Made by a program: the position numbers and the translations under genes. The notes beneath the pieces were generated by a model. The model searched no databases and was not told where the DNA came from. It saw only the letters and a program-made list of their open reading frames with translations. DNA of 62,340 nt, counting the filler, from Pirum gemmata (taxonomy: Eukaryota), in NCBI GenBank assembly GCA_002812295.1. It is 16 parts of 16 records of this genome, joined end to end, with 100 filler letters (N's around TTAATTAATTAA, not from the genome) between each part and the next. Parts side by side here need not be neighbours in the genome. Positions count along the whole stretch, not along the records: positions 58,737 to 62,340 come from PDIN01002184.1; 15 more parts are not named here. One strand, 5' to 3'. Shown one piece after another: positions 60,411-62,340 of the stretch (the first letter of the stretch is position 1; each line of letters starts with the position of its first letter).

Positions 60411-61553
60411 ATGGATGAACAAGTACTAAAAGGTAAAGTGCCATCCTTTGCTCCACCTAGTTACGATGGTGTGGTTGATGTAGAACCGAATTCATATAAC
60501 TCTTACACAAGCTATTGTTATAATAATAATGATGATGTTGGTGAAAATGACATTACTAACATGTATAATGATAAAGATAATAGCAATGTAGAAAGTAATT
60601 TTATCAGCAATACAATAAATGAAACTCCAGATCTAGATATGCCATCAAATACATTTAAGGAGATTTCTTCTGCAAAGAAAAGAAAATATCACGTTATAAA
60701 CGGAATTTCTGTTTTTCTTTTAATTTTAATGATCATTTTCCTTAGTATATCTATTACGAGTAATGAATGGGTGAAAACCTTAACGCCTAATGGTACAGAT
60801 TTAAGTTTTGGTTTAAGTAAAATATGTGTAGGTGATACAGATAGATTAAACAATTTCGGTACTGATTGTCCAGGATTTATTGAAAGTATCGAAGCAAATT
60901 CATGTGTTGATATTGGATACAAAACCGAAATGTCAAATCTGATAAACCCGAACCCCATTTTCATTTGTTATTGCCTTATTATTACTACTCTAATCCTGAT
61001 TTCGTTACAAATAATTATAACTTATATATTGTGGAAAAGTGATATTGTTCATAACAACACAGCCAATCGAGCTTTTACCTTTAATTATATATACTCTTTC
61101 ATTGTGTTTGCATTATTGTGTACTGCGGTTGTTGTGTTTGATACTGATAACAAAGTTCCTTTAAAGAATGATTATGATGAGTATGGCGATATGGGCATGG
61201 TGGCTTCTTGGAGACTTGAACTATATAGCACTGAACAGTTAGGTTTAACAGTTAGATTATTATGTTCTGGTGATCAAGAAGACATGAACCATTATTTTCA
61301 AGACATTTCGGCTTGTAACAAGTATGGGGGTTCTTGTCGCAATACTTTCTATCCAAAAAATTCTACTAGAGAAAGCATACTAAAAGATTACCCGCATGAA
61401 ATGGAATATGGTGTGGGTTTCATTCTTCTTTGTTTAAGTATGAGTTTCAATATATTGTTTTTATTATACCCAGTACTGGCCGTGTCGTACTATATTGTAA
61501 AATGCTTTTGGAAATTCTCAAAAGAAATATTTAAAGTATTCTGTAAATTCTAA
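60411..61553 (+). CDS. Claudin/PMP22-like four-TM protein, 380 aa
   Basis: Four hydrophobic segments. The first loop has W...GL..C...C (SNEWVK..SFGLSKICVG..DC), YGVGFIL precedes TM4, and there is an N-terminal PPSY motif. No intron. Confidence 0.8.
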   Translation: MDEQVLKGKVPSFAPPSYDGVVDVEPNSYNSYTSYCYNNNDDVGENDITNMYNDKDNSNVESNFISNTINETPDLDMPSNTFKEISSAKKRKYHVINGISVFLLILMIIFLSISITSNEWVKTLTPNGTDLSFGLSKICVGDTDRLNNFGTDCPGFIESIEANSCVDIGYKTEMSNLINPNPIFICYCLIITTLILISLQIIITYILWKSDIVHNNTANRAFTFNYIYSFIVFALLCTAVVVFDTDNKVPLKNDYDEYGDMGMVASWRLELYSTEQLGLTVRLLCSGDQEDMNHYFQDISACNKYGGSCRNTFYPKNSTRESILKDYPHEMEYGVGFILLCLSMSFNILFLLYPVLAVSYYIVKCFWKFSKEIFKVFCKF

Positions 61554-62340
61554 ATATTAATTAAATATAAACCCAAACTCTAATGCTAAAAGTAGAAAAA
61601 CAAAACGAAAATTTCCAATCTGAATCCCAATCTCAATCCCAATCTCTATCCCAATCTTATACATATCTTCACATATAAAATGATTTTTTCCTCCAAATTT
61701 ATAGCGTTGTGGTCTTGTGTACAATATTATGAATATTGTTGGAGTTTTGTCGTTTACATCGAATTTGTTTTTTTCAAATAATATTATAATATTAATATAC
61801 ATATATAATTATATATATATATAGTTATAACTATTATATATATAAGATATTATTATATCCATTCTTACTATTACTGCAGCCTTGCAGACCTATCTGGACT
61901 CTGAGGTCAAATATTTGTAGTATTTGTATAACGTAGTTTGACTTCTTCCAGATAAGAATTCTTTAAAAACTTTGGAACATAAAAGAAAAAAAATCATAAA
62001 TGATCAGTCTATATGACATATATGTATTAATACATCATTATGATATATTAATGATGTATATTATATAAGGCTAACACCAGACTTTTTGATACTACTACTC
62101 GTGTTGTACGGGTATGATATTATACTTGAAAAATTTTCGTACTGAACTTCAGCCATTTTTCGAAGCTCCAGGTAGATATTATTATGAAAAGCTAGCGTCG
62201 TTTTCATGTGGAATTAGAAACAACACTAAAATTATTAGAGAAACAACTTTTATCTAGAAAGGTTTATTTAGCAACTTTTATTAGCATATTGAGAAATAAT
62301 TCATAATAACAATAAATAATAATAATAATAATAATAATAA

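Noticed and set aside
1..62340. Non-standard genetic code, rRNA or tRNA genes
   Set aside because: Long conserved ORFs read through in the standard code and end in TAA, TAG or TGA. I recognised no rRNA or cloverleaf sequence by eye; tRNAscan-SE and Infernal were not run.

Overview
This is very AT-rich, microsatellite-laden eukaryotic nuclear DNA using the standard code, with GT-AG introns and abundant interstitial TTAGGG repeats. The ALAS sequence and TTAGGG repeats suggest a unicellular opisthokont-like organism; that is an inference only. The window is not a natural locus: it is 16 short scaffolds of about 3.2-5 kb, most near 3.6 kb, joined by an artificial 100-nt spacer (44 N + TTAATTAATTAA + 44 N), so adjacency across spacers means nothing. 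Supported genes include a 2-exon secreted double-knottin/mucin protein, an LPMO fused to a bacterial-type beta/gamma-crystallin-like module, a signal peptide-3xLNR-TM receptor and an ALAS exon. Also present are a PIP kinase that unexpectedly carries a signal peptide, a hidden 4-exon secreted cationic Cys-rich peptide, a RING-H2 protein, an ankyrin protein with an F-box-like C-terminus, and a claudin/PMP22-like tetraspan. Non-coding structure includes at least four MITE families, two unrelated ~160-bp satellites, and telomeric tracts that lie C-strand-sense in every intron where I found them. One scaffold has identical 360-bp ends, indicating a circle or macro-tandem unit, and several genes have tandemly duplicated 3' ends. 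I found no rRNA, tRNA or CRISPR.
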